Of a stretch of 64,000 nt of DNA, positions 11,767 through 25,300 are shown one piece after another. Numbering within the stretch: the first letter of the stretch is position 1; each line of letters begins with the position of its first letter. Origin of the DNA: Octopus vulgaris (Eukaryota); assembly GCA_951406725.2 (NCBI GenBank), contig OX597814.1:89032001-89096000 (forward strand), written 5' to 3'. The notes below the pieces were generated by a model. The model saw nothing but the letters and a program-made list of their open reading frames with translations. It did not search any database and was not told the DNA's origin. The translations under genes and the position numbers were made by a program.

Positions 11767-14700
11767 CCAGGACCTTTGGTAATATGCTGTGCCTGAGAAT
11801 ATTTGTCAAGCCAAGTGAAATGCTGGTGTCACATAACTGGCACCCATGCCAGAGGTATATAAAAAGCACCTGTACCAGTGGCACATAAAAACACCCATGC
11901 CAATGACATGTAAAAAGCACCCATTACACTCTTGGAGTGGTTGGCGTTAGGAAGAGTATCCAGCTGGAACTTGGTGCAGCTCTCTGACTTATCAGTTCCA
12001 GTTGTACCATCTAACCTATGCGAGTGTGGAAAGTAGATGCTAAATGATGACGATGATGATATATGTACACACACACACATAAATATGCATATATTACGTA
12101 ATGTCAAATACTTGAGGAGAGAGTATTCAATACATGGTGTGAAGGATATGTTTGTTTTTTATTAGAAATTGAAGCAGAGAGTTTGACATGTAATGCAAGT
12201 TACATGTCACTGCAATCTTCAGGAAAAAAATTAATGTTTTGTCTGATGATCACATTGGTGTGAAACTCAAGTCATGAAATAATCTCTCTGCTTCAGTTTT
12301 AATAAATAGACACACACACACTCTCACTCATTCACACACACACACACCCATACTCACTCACTCACTCATTCACACACACATACACACACACTTTTATTTC
12401 AAGTTGCAACCATCTCATTTCTCTCAGAAATTCTCTTGTGAAAAGCATAACAGCAGACACTTATTTCTATTTTTAAATTTTAAATCTTCATTTATAACAA
12501 TCATAATTTTGATGAAAATTTTAAATTTTTCAAAATTATAAAAATAAGAATAATAAAACATTCTTGTACTAAAAGGATTATATTTTATCATGTTTCCAGA
12601 AAGCAAGAATTTTAATGAAACAAGCTTAGCTCAATCTCATCAAGTACTAAAATTGATTGGTCAATCAGGAATTTCTCCAGATACTTTTGCAATCATTCTT
12701 AACACATCTTTGCAAATATTCAAAGATCCAGAGAGGGTATGTGTGTATAATTTTTATTATGTTACTGAAGCTTTTTATATATTTAAGGTTAGGAAGCTAG
12801 AAATCACTGTATCATTTTTATATCCTATATATAGGTAATATTTTTGTGAACTGAGTCTGAAGACTGGTTTCGTTTTCCAGTTGGAAAATTTGTGCTTCCC
12901 TTAAATTTCCCTTTCATCAGAAGAACATGTATAGCACATTATCTCATTTCTTCTGCAAATCTGATATTTTAAGACTATATTGAACATCAACATTGCTACT
13001 TTAAGCAGAGGTGGGGAACCCATCACATATAGAGAAAATTTTGCCTGAATTCAGTTTTAAAACCATCCACTGATGGCTTAAGCGTTAAGACAAAACTAGT
13101 AATTTAATGTAAGTTGTATACCTTTGTATTTGTAAAATGAATGATTCGTTATTTTCTTTTAGGAGAGAAGCACTCTCACAGGTGTTTGCATCTCATTTCT
13201 GTCTATTAAAAGTGTTCTCCATCCTTGCTTTAGATGCTCATAATAATAGTTTAACTCAGATCAATAAAACCTGATGATGCGCTTTGGAGCAAGATGGAAG
13301 TAAATTCTCTTTGAAATAATCTTTTTTCTCAGTGTTTATTTTTTGTAGTTTATATTGGGAAATCATAATAATTTTCATACAATTCTTACTTGTTTGTTAA
13401 TGCTGAAAACTTTTACTTTTGTTATAGAATAGCATTTTGTTGCTGTAGAAGAATTTATGGAAACTGTTGAAATCCAGTCTAATTCTGCTTGGGCAATGTG
13501 CAATCTCTCTCTCTCTTCTTTATTACTCATTGGGTGTCTTTCTATCCATGTGTAACATTCCTAGAGGTAGCTCCTAATAGCGGGGAAATATCTCCTAAGT
13601 TAAAGCAAAGAAGTATCTGAGATTAACATAGAAAGAAGTATCTAGGTTAGAGCTGAGTCTATTTGGTCTTACAAAGAAGTTTATTGCGACTTAGATGAAC
13701 AGAATACTGTATGGTGGATATATCAAGTATATGCATGCATAAAAAAATGGATACTTATGATAATGAGATTTTGACTGCAATGAAAATAGTGTTCACAGTA
13801 ATGATGATGCAGAATGGTTGGTTCTTATCATATGAGAAAAGAATACAAAAAGATGGGGAAATAGAAACTGAGAGTATTTTTCCAGAGAGAATCAGGCAAT
13901 TTGTAATAATTAACCCCCAAAAATGTAACTCCTCTACAGTTGTATACAAACAGGTTGATTAAATCAAAAATTACAATTACAAAACATGTTTTTAAACAAA
14001 TGTGAAATAAAATCATATGTCACCAGTTTAGAATGAGTTTTTTTAAAACAATGGGTCAAAATCTTATTAATATTTTATTTTCCTTTACAGATTTTCCATT
14101 TGATTGAAGAAGACAGCTGGATAAATATCTGCAACTTCACAAATACAGATGTATTTAGAAAAATGTTTGCCATTGATTGGAGCCAAAGCATTTCTGAACA
14201 GCAGATGAGATTTTGTCAGGATCTTATTTTGCAAGTTGATATGCAAGCTCTACAAATAGAACTATTTTCTTTAGAAGGGTTTAAAGAATTCTATGATTCT
14301 GTGAGTATATTGATTCATACATACTGATAGTATTAATTTTATTAAACAATAGAGAGCAGAAAGTACAACATAAATATTATTCTCAATAAATAATGCTTTA
14401 ATTTCATTATGGTTTATAAAGACCAAATATTATGAATTTAGGAGCCTAAAATATTCTCAAAGATGATAGCAACAATAAAACTAAGAGTTTGAATAGATTC
14501 TTTAATACACCCTTTCAATATATGTTGATTGCAAATCAAATTATAATGTTTGACATAGTAAATGAACGCTAATTTATTACATAGAATTGCATAACTTTCG
14601 TATGTAATTTGAAATAAATAGCAGTAAAGAAATAGGTATTTCGCCTGTTGCTATGTTCTGAGTTCAAAGTCTGCCAAGATCAACTTTACCATTGATCCTT

Positions 14701-15027
14701 TTGAAGGTCAATAAAATGAGTACCAGTTGAACACTGGGAATCGATGTAATCGATTTATCCCCTCCCCAAAATTGCTCCCCTTGTGGCAAAATTTGAAACC
14801 ATTAAGGTGGTGAACTGGCAAAATCATTATCAGGCTAAGAAAACTGCGAAGCAGTATTTCACCTATTACTATATTCTGAGTTCAAATTCCTCCAAGGTCA
14901 ACTTTGTCTTTCATTCTTTCAGGGTCAATAAATTAAGTACCAGTTAAGCACTAGATTCGATGTATTTGACTTATTCCCACTCATCTGAAATTTCAGACCT
15001 TGTCCCTATAATAGAAAAACATTATTA

Positions 15028-15067
<40 letters not shown>

Positions 15068-15281
15068 TTTACTCTCTTTTACTTGTTTCAGTCATTTGAC
15101 TATGGCCATGCTGGAACACCACCTTTTAGTCGAGCAAATTGACCCCAGGACTTATTCTTTGTAAGCCTAGTACTTATTCTATTGGTCTCTTTTGCCGAAC
15201 CGCTAAGTTATGGGGACGTAAACACACCAGCATCGATTGTCAAGCGATGTTGGGGGGACAAACACAGACACACAAACATAT

Positions 15282-15316
<35 letters not shown>

Positions 15317-18300
15317 CGACAGGCTTCTTTCAGTTTCCGTCTACCAAATCCACTCACAAGGCTTTGGTCGGCCCGAGGCTATAGTAGAAGACACTTGCCC
15401 AAGGTGCCACGCAGTGGGACTGAACCCGGAACCATGTGGTTCGTAAGCAAGTTACTTACCTCAAAGCCACTCCTACGCCTATATATATATATATGATGAC
15501 TATTCTTAGCAACTAAATGTATTTACTCTTTCACCAGTTCTCTCTTTTTCATTACATATTATTAAAAACAAAGGTGTTGAACATTATTACTTAAATTTTA
15601 CGAGTATATATTAAATGTCTTTCAGATAACTGGTAAATCTGAAGATTCAATGTTAGACCTGTCTTTATTAATGTCTGAGGCTATGAAAATGCAAATGGTG
15701 TTGACGGAATTAAGTTCAAAACCTTTGACTTGGCTCTTTGGAAACAATGAAAATTTGCTGAACTCACCAAAAGTCGTCTCTCTTTTAAATATGTGGAAAC
15801 AACAACTGCAGCTGGTTAATAATGGGTAATGTCATTTTTCTTATAAAATACTATTAATAATATCACATTTACTTTATATTGAGAGAAGATGAATGTACAA
15901 TATGTTTTCCTCATGAACAGCATTCTTATCATATGTAAATATTTCACAATTACACTATTCCTTGGCAAAAGCCTTTGGGAGTTGCTGAGTTAAGTTCTAT
16001 TTCATACAGACAAAAAGATATTTGGTTAGACTATCTCATGTGTACCACAATCTTGCTTGAAAATATATATATTTGAGAAATTTCTTTTTGTAAGGTGTTT
16101 TTTCTTTAAATTTGTAATTATAGTTATGATTCCACCACCATCATCATCATCATCATCATTATCATCATTATCATCATTATTATGGATCACTATCATTCTA
16201 TATCATCGACTCTCAGTAGATCAAATGCCATCATAGACTGCCATCTTGGTCTTTCTTATACAACCACAAGATCTTAAATTTGTCTGGCATTTTCACTAGC
16301 TGCTGTTGGGATGATTTCTCATCTTCATCCTTTATTTATTTCGTTTTTAACACAACATGTTCATAAGAAATGTTATCTCAGGATGAATATCTAGGCAACT
16401 GGCCTAGCAATGGTGTATATACATTAAGTATGGTGCATAAATGGTTATATATGTAATTCTTCATCTTCGTCTCCCTCTTTCTTATTCATTTAGCCTTCCA
16501 TTAAATGTCTCTATAAACAATTTTTTTGTTTAAGATATTTTAGTTTTGAAGTGTATATTACTCATAAATTTCTATAATTTTAATTTAAGTTGATTGTCAT
16601 ATGGTCAGATGTTACAATATAATACAAAATGTAGGTTTTTATGATAACTATGTATATCAACCAAAAGTAAGAAAGATAAAGAATAAAAATGCATGCATTA
16701 AAAGAAAACCAGATAATGGAACAAAATAAAAAATTGCAATGTTATTACCAGTTTGAATGTGCCAGTGACACATTCCAACTTGTAAACAAGCCATTCACTC
16801 TGTTTTATCATAGAGAAAATTTTTCACTGTAGACAAATGGTGTAAATACACCAAAATCAGCTCATAGTGCCACCTATCCAGACTGTGAGATGCTAGCATT
16901 TTGGGGTGGTTATCTCCTCTTCAGTCACAGAAGTGCTACCAGCTGATGTATGACTGGAATAACATAAGAGATTGTCTCCCTTGTCAGCTTGCAGCACCAC
17001 CATCCAGTTTACAAGCTTGTTTACAAGTTTGTTTACAAGTTTGAACTTGCCATTGGTATATTCAAGTGAGGATCAGAATCGAAATCGATCAATGGAAATT
17101 GCGGATGTGCTACCAGTGCCGGTGGCATGTCGAAACTCTGCTTGTGAAGACCCGTTGAGGCAAGTGAGGATCAGAATCGAAATCGATCAATGGAAATCGA
17201 TCAATCGATCAATGGAAATTGCAGATGTGTTACCAGTGCCGGTGGCATGTAAGAGAACTTTCCGTTTCGCGACCGTTGCCAGCACTGCCCCGTTTCGTGT
17301 CCGTTGCCAGCCTCGCCTGGCCCTCGTGCCGGTGGCACATAAAAAGCACCATCCGTTCGTGGCCGTTTGCCAGCTCTGTCTGGCACCAGTGCGGGTGGCA
17401 CGTAAAAAGCACCCACTACACTCACGGAGTGGTTGGCGTTAGGAAGGGCATCCAGCCGTAGAAACACTGCCAGATTTGACTGGGCCTGATGAAGCCTTCT
17501 GGCTTCACAGACCCCAGTAGAACCGTCCAACCCATGCTAGCATGGAAAACGGACGCTAAACGATGATGATGATGATGATGATATTAGAATTGGTAATAAC
17601 ATTGCATTTATACATTTATACACTGCTTAGCATTCTCACCTCATGAAAAAAAAATGTGTCTTGCAAAATAGGATGAGTGTCAGATATTTGGTAATTTGAG
17701 GAATAAATTTGTCTCCGTTTAAGTTTTATATATAGAAACATTATTCATCATAGTTTAAAATTGAAACCATGAAGGCTTAAATAATTCTTTGATTTGCTTA
17801 TCCTAGTTGATAATAATAATTATAAAAACTTAATTGACTACATTAATTGTGTTTACCTTTTTGCCTCAATAAACTTTACAGCAGTGTAACTGAAATTTAC
17901 TTGGTCCTGCCCTATCTGAGTCCATTCATCAAACAAGTGAATACAATGCCTGAATGGAAGAATTTGATGTCTGAACTTGTACTTTATTTACAGACATTAG
18001 ACAAAATGTTGTATCAGCTTTCACGTAAGTAAATAACAATATGCAGATACTCAGACTCACACACACACACACACACACACATTTGTTCTCCTCAGAGAGA
18101 TTGTGACTGTCTAGTCATCTTTAATGATCCCCAATGATTTGCATGGTTACTTTATTTAAAGTCGTCTCATTTGTGACCATCTTCAATCCAGTGGTAAAAC
18201 CAGGTCAAAATGACTGGGGATGGAAACAGATACAGTGGATGATCAGGATGTCTTGCTTGCCTCATCTTACTTTCTGCTCTCCTCAATACTTTGCTGCAGC

Positions 18301-19178
18301 CAACTTCCCCTCTCTTTGAACCATAAAGGTTTCTTCCACAGAGTCCACCAGATCTAGCTTTGACATAAATAGGTAGGCAAACATTTTATACTGCTTTTGT
18401 GGATTCCCATGACTCAATGTCACTGTCCAATTCCATTATCATGAATTTGAATCAGAAGATTAAGTCATAGTGAATCTTTCATCAGCTAATTACACAACTA
18501 TGGAAGCCACCCTTTTGGATGCATTGCAGTTACTCGCCTGATAGAGTTTGGTGATCCTGACTACTGATCTTCCAGGATTCCTTCACTCACCATCAATGTA
18601 AGAAGCACCTATTTCTTTACTAGCCACAAGGGGCTAAACACAGAGAGGACAATCAAGGACAGACAAATGGATTAAGTCGATTATATCGACCCCTGTGCAT
18701 AACTGGTACTTATTTAATTGACCCCCGAAAGGATGAAAGGCAAAGTTGACCTCGGCGGAATTTGAGCTCAGAACATAACTGCAGATGAAATACCGCTTAG
18801 CATTTCGCCCGGCGTGCTAACGTTTCTGCCAGCTCGTCGCCTTTCAATGTAAGAAGCACCGTTGCCTCGGTTGAGCTCTCTTCCACTACCTCTTCACATT
18901 CTGTCATGCTGCAGTCCTATGACTTCACTGTATCCCTGACAGAATGGCTGAACAAGTGCTATGCCTTGCCAATGAGAAGTCTGTTACTATGCAGGGCATG
19001 GTCATCACTCAATGAGGTGTTTTCAAATACCTGCATTATGCTAATTAGCTCATAGCTGGGAACCCAACAAGTGCTACTACTGAAAACAATTATGGTTAAA
19101 AAGTGGTTCCACACCCTTCAAACTCTGGAAAAACTGTACCAGAGCCCTAGCACTAGATGTAGTTTGAAGTCATACCCA

Positions 19179-19276
<98 letters not shown>

Positions 19277-21695
19277 ACAATGTTAACCACTCATAATATA
19301 GTCATATTTGCATTTGATTTTAAATCTGCTTATTATCTCATAACACCTTAAACTAAAACCTTTAGTACATTGTACTCTCTGTGTGCATGTGTGTGTGCCT
19401 GTACACATATGTCTGCTTGCACACGTGTGTGCTGTTGAATGATTAGCAACAGAGAGGCCACCCAGCTTTAATAAAACCACTTTTTTCATGAGAAAATTGA
19501 TGTGAAACAGTAGAAATTTGCATAAAATTGCATCTGGCTTTTATTTTTTTATTTTATTATTTTTTTTTTTATATTACAGATTTTGGACAGAACATTTCTG
19601 CCTTGTTGATTGATAAACCTGAATTGCAAAAATCATTACAAATATTGTTGAAGTCACCAGAAATGTTATCTAGTGTTGTATATAACATGGCCTTGAACGA
19701 ACCTCAAGTAAGTTTCCATAATTTACATGTTTTCTCATCTTAAACAATGTAAGCAGATCGCTTTTAATATCTTCAGGTGGCAGACTGCTGGTATTATGAG
19801 ATTGTTGGATAAAATCTTTTGCATTATGCTCCCTGAGTTCAAATCCCATCAAGGTGAAATTTGCATTTCATTGTTACAAAATTAATAAAATAGAGCACCA
19901 GGGAAGTACTAAGGTTTATATAATTAACTACACTCCTGTATCAAATTTGAACCCTTATGCCTGTTGAGAAATTATCATCATCATCAGACAAAAAAATCAT
20001 AGTTTTTCTGCAACAAATTCCTGCTTGAAAGTGAGATATTGCTCAATTTCTTTGTGTGAGTGTAATGAAGTTAATAGTAGTTTGTGATGTTAGGGCACTG
20101 ATGCTCTCTCATTTTTCATCATAGAACTAAATTACAAACATTGTATCATGACTAAGAGAATTTAAATTTATGGAATGCATTTAGTTATATTTGTATAGGT
20201 TAGGCTATTAGCAATTAAATATTTTGCCAGAGTTGCAAGACCATCATGGGACACTGAATGTTGATTGTTTAGCCACATTAAAATAAACTAATTTTAAGTA
20301 TGGTTATATTAGATCTGATGTGATTTCACATCAGTTATAATTCAGTTGCCAGCCTTATATTACTTTGTAAGACTTGAGTTTTAATCTAAAATTACTTTAC
20401 AGCAGGAGTAAATATGTAAAACATTTTTAATGCAAGCTATTACCTATATTTAAGATACTTATTACTAACAGTAGTAGTCTACTGGTTTGTACCATTTGAA
20501 ACTAGATGAACTGAAACATTGACTTAAATATCTTTATTGGGTAAAACATAACTCTTGTAGTATACACATTTATTACTATGTTGGTAGACTGTCATTCTAA
20601 TCAACAATGTTTATCATTGTAGAATAAGATCTTTTTGATTCTATCCTATAGTAACACCATAATTAATGTTTTCTTAAAATTTGGATTTTTTAGATTACCA
20701 AAGCATTGATGAGCATAGCTGGCTCTCAAGACCCGGCCGCATCTATTTGTCAAGCAATGTCAACTGTCAAAATGGCATCTATTCCAAATTCGGATTTTGA
20801 CCTCAATTCCTATATACTCAGTATTTGTTCCATCGATTTTACAAATCTAAAACTGGAATTCCTCCAGTTGTCAAGTGTACTTAATAAGGTAATAACTTTT
20901 GTTACATTGATCTCTTAAATATGTTGAGAATTATGGGGGAAATAGAAAACTTACATATTTGTTTGCTTGAGGACACAGTTACATAAATGAATCAACTTCA
21001 GCAGAAAATTAAAACCTGGTCATAGATTCAATCCACGTAGAATTCATTACTGTACATCAGGGCCTTCCTAACTGCAAAACCATCAACATTTTTCTTGTAG
21101 AAGAAAGAATTTGTGATGATTATAAGCAACATGAATGTTGTGAAAAATTTCTAAATGGGAATTAAAGCAATACTGTAAACTCATTAGTTGTAGTTCACTA
21201 TAAACTTAATATTGAACTAATTTTCACTCTTCATATGAGACACACACATGCACGCACACACACATATACATCATCATCGTCATTGTACGACCGTGGTCGA
21301 GACAATGGAATTTACTATGTTACGCCAGACTTCACGGTCCATCATAGCATTACGGAGGTCCTGTTGCTGGATGCCTGTATCCCTGGAGATTACATCAGGG
21401 TAGGAGAGTGTGTGTCCTCTAGTATCATGAGCAGATGGCATCCAGAGGACAAGAGTAGAAATTACCTCGTTTTCAGCTCTGCAACAATGTCCAGCAAACT
21501 GGACTCTTCTACCTTTCACAAGAGATGATACAGGTGGTAGTTTCCCATATATTTGTACTTTGGTTGGATGACGCTTCCACAAGAGATTTTGAGCTCTCAT
21601 AAGGAGGTGAGTTTAAGTTCCATCCAACTGCCTCTCAAGCTTCTTTGATACATACACACATACACAAGCACACACAAATACATATATATTACATA

Positions 21696-21755
<60 letters not shown>

Positions 21756-22246
21756 TGCAAAGAGCACCATACGAGGGTGATCGTTGACAGAGCGGCTTCC
21801 GTGCCAGTGGTACATAAAAGGGCACCATTCGAGTGTAATTGTTACCAGCATTGCCTTACTGGCACTTGTGTCTGTGCTAGTAGGGTACCAAGAGCACCAT
21901 CCAAGTGTGATCGTTGCCAGAGCAGCCAACTGGCTCCGTGCCGGTGGCACGTAAAAGGGCACCATTCGAGCGTGAACGTTACTGGCACCTGTGCCGGTGG
22001 CATGTGTAAAAAGATTCAAGCGAGGTCATTTCCAGTGCCGCCTGACTGGCCCCATGCCAGTGGCATGTAAAAAGCACCCACTACACTCTCGGAGTGGTTG
22101 GCATTAGGAAGGGCATCCAGCTGTAGAAACTCTGCCAGATCAAGATTAGAGCCTGGTGCAGCCGTCTGGTTCGCCAGCCCTCAGTCAAAATCGTCCAACT
22201 CATGCTAGCATGGAAAGCGGCCGTTAAACGATGATGATGATGATGA

Positions 22247-22302
<56 letters not shown>

Positions 22303-25300
22303 GTACAGAAGTGGCTGTGTGGTAAGAAGCTTGCTTCCCAACCACATGTTTTTGGGTTAAGTCCCAAAACCTTGGGCAAGTGACTGCTACTATAGTCCTG
22401 GGCCAATCAAAGCCTTCTGAGTGGATCTGGTTGACAGAAACTGAATGAATCCTGTTGTGTGTATATATATGTTTATATATGTATGTATTTGTGTGTCTGT
22501 GTTTGTCCCCCCACTATCACTTGACAACCGATGTTGGTGTGTTTACCTCCCTGAAACTCAGCAGTTTGCAAAAGAGACCTTTAGAATAAGTACTAGACTT
22601 ACAAAAAATAAGTCCTAGGGTTGATTTGTTCTAGCATTGCTTTAGTCAAGTGACTGAAAAAAGTAAAAGAAAAAAGAATATATATATTACATAATATATA
22701 CACATATATGTGTGTGTGTGCATGCACAGGTGTGTCTAGCCATAATTCAGTCCTTTTAGTATTCTTGATTAATAAATATGTATTGATTCATTCCAGAGTA
22801 GTACAACAATCATAGCCAATAAGTTAATCTCTTTTAGATAGATCCACCGATGAATTATCAACTTCTGGGCCTAGTATACTGCATCTCCAGGTTAAACTCA
22901 TAAAAAGGATTTCAGTTGAATGTTGAAAGGTAGCCAAATACTTTAAAGTTATGCAGTGCATCTATTGCATATTGCAATAAGTTGTACCTCTGAAGATACC
23001 CATTTTGTTAGATACACTGAGCCAAAGAAAATTAAAATTTTGATCATGAATACACCTTAGGACTGGTAATAGGATACAAAAGGATGAATCTCCATTAGCC
23101 AAAGTCATTACATTGTCACTCTGTCTGCTGTAATTCTACAGTATTTTTATTGAGAAATATAAAAACCTTTTTTTTTTCCCAATTTTACTGTGTGTTGTTT
23201 GCTTTTCAATCAAAATTGAATAACAAAATAACTAATTTTCTTTTCTTTTTTCTCTTATTTAAAAGCGTGATGCATCATCTACAGAAATCTTGGACCCCAT
23301 CTATCTCCTCAATCTTGTTAAGTCAGTATGGGAGAAATTATCTGTTTTGACCAAATCTAACGAGACCAACTTCTGGGAGCCTTTGAACAACTTATTGCAA
23401 AATCTGATTTTGCAAAGTTCTTTATACGATGAAAATACACCGGAGCTTGAAAACATATATAAGTATGTAGATGGTTCTTGTTTTGATTGAGTTACATGTA
23501 GAAAAATAAAAAGCTTTGAATAGTGCTAAACAGATCTTTTCAATATTGTTTATATTCTCTTCCTAATAGTACAGGCTTTAATGGTTATGTAGTTAAGATG
23601 GTGGACTATGTACCACACACACACACACTTACACATCTATTTGAGCTTTGCTACAACATGAAATTTTAAAAAAGTTTCTTAATTGTCATGTCATAAGTAA
23701 ATGAAAAAGAGTAAAAAAATTCTGCAATATCAAAAGAAACAAAACGATAGAAAGTGTGCGAGTGAGAATAAGAATGTGTGTGTGTTTGTGTGTGTGTGTG
23801 TGCGTGTGCATGCAAGAGTGTATATTTCCATGTATGTGTGTGTATGTATTTGTGTGTGTGTGTGTGTTTTTTTATGTGTGTGTCTGTGTGTTTCTGATAA
23901 TAGCTTCAGAGATGGTAAGAATGGAAGATTAGTTGAAGGTTTCTCTATACTCTCTTTACTGTATTGGTCTCTTCTTTTACAGAATTATTTCTCAGATATA
24001 TCACTCGATACCAACTTTCACAAACCATAGCCAATCACCGGTGCAGAGTATTTTCACAATGCTTTTAACGATGAATGCCACAAGTATTAATGAAATGTAT
24101 ACAAAATATTTTGGTAAGTTACTCAAGTTATTATTTTTAACTATTTTATTTATCTCATGTACAGTAGCAGCAAGGAATAGATTTCAGTGTAAGTGAATTT
24201 GCAGTATGTTTCTTTTCCTTTTCTGGATAAGAGACCTTTCATAAGACTTCCTCAGTAAATGTTCCTGGCAAAAATTTTGAATGCCACAATGTCCAATTCC
24301 CTTATTGTATAAATGGCTCAGTGGTTAGAGCATCGGTTTCAGTCATGAGGTAGTGATTTCAATTTCTAGACCAGGTTGTGTGTTGTGTTCTTGAGCAAGA
24401 CACTTCATTTCATGTTGTTCCAGTTTACTCACTTGCAGAAATGAGTTGTGATGTCACTGGTGTCAAGCTGTATCTGCCTTTGTCTTTCCCTTGGATAACA
24501 TCAGTGGCACAGAGAGAGGAGGCTGGTATGTATGTGCAACTGCTGGTCTTCTGTAAGCAACTTTTGCTGGACTTGTGCCTTGGAGGGGAACTTTCTAGAT
24601 GCAATCTCATAGTCATTCATGACTGAAGGGGTCTTTACTCTCTTTATGGGGCAACATTTTTATAGGTACAGGCATGGTTTATGTGGTTAAGAGCTAGATT
24701 TGCAGCCGTGAGATTTCAGGTTCAGACCCACAGCATGGTACCTTGAACAAGTGTCTTCTATTTTGATCCCAGGTTGACCAAAGCTTTGTGAGTGAATTGG
24801 CTGATAGAATCTGTGTGGAAGATACAAGGAGAGATGTGTTTATATATATGTGTGCATTATATGTATATTATGTGTGCATATATATACACACACACATATA
24901 TACATACTTACAAGCACATACATGCATGTGTGTGCATATATATATAGCTCACAATGTATCATATATGTATATATATGATACATTGACAATATATATATCA
25001 GGCTTGGCTGTGTGGTAAGAAGACTGTTTCCCAACCACATGGTTCTGGGTTCAATCCCACTGTGTGGCACCTTGGACAGGTGTCTTCTGCTATAGCTTTG
25101 GGGTGACCAAAGTCTTGTGAGTGGATTTGGCAGACAGAAACTGAAGCCTGTTGTGTGTATATATACATATATATATTATATATATAGATATATATATATA
25201 TATAATCAAATTAAGCAACAAGGATATCCAGAGGTAATGCAGTACAATCATTTCAAGCAACTCCATTTAATCAATTACATCAATTTAAATGCAGAGTAAT

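Noticed and set aside
13234-13299. Possible 0-0 exon (tttag|ATG...GAA|gtaaat)
   Set aside because: It contains an in-frame TAA and is not needed for the chain.
13560-14000. Possible decayed retroelement coding remnants (also near 7540-7870, 18130-19030 and 60000-60530)
   Set aside because: Composition is suggestive, but I could not read a diagnostic motif, so they are left unannotated.
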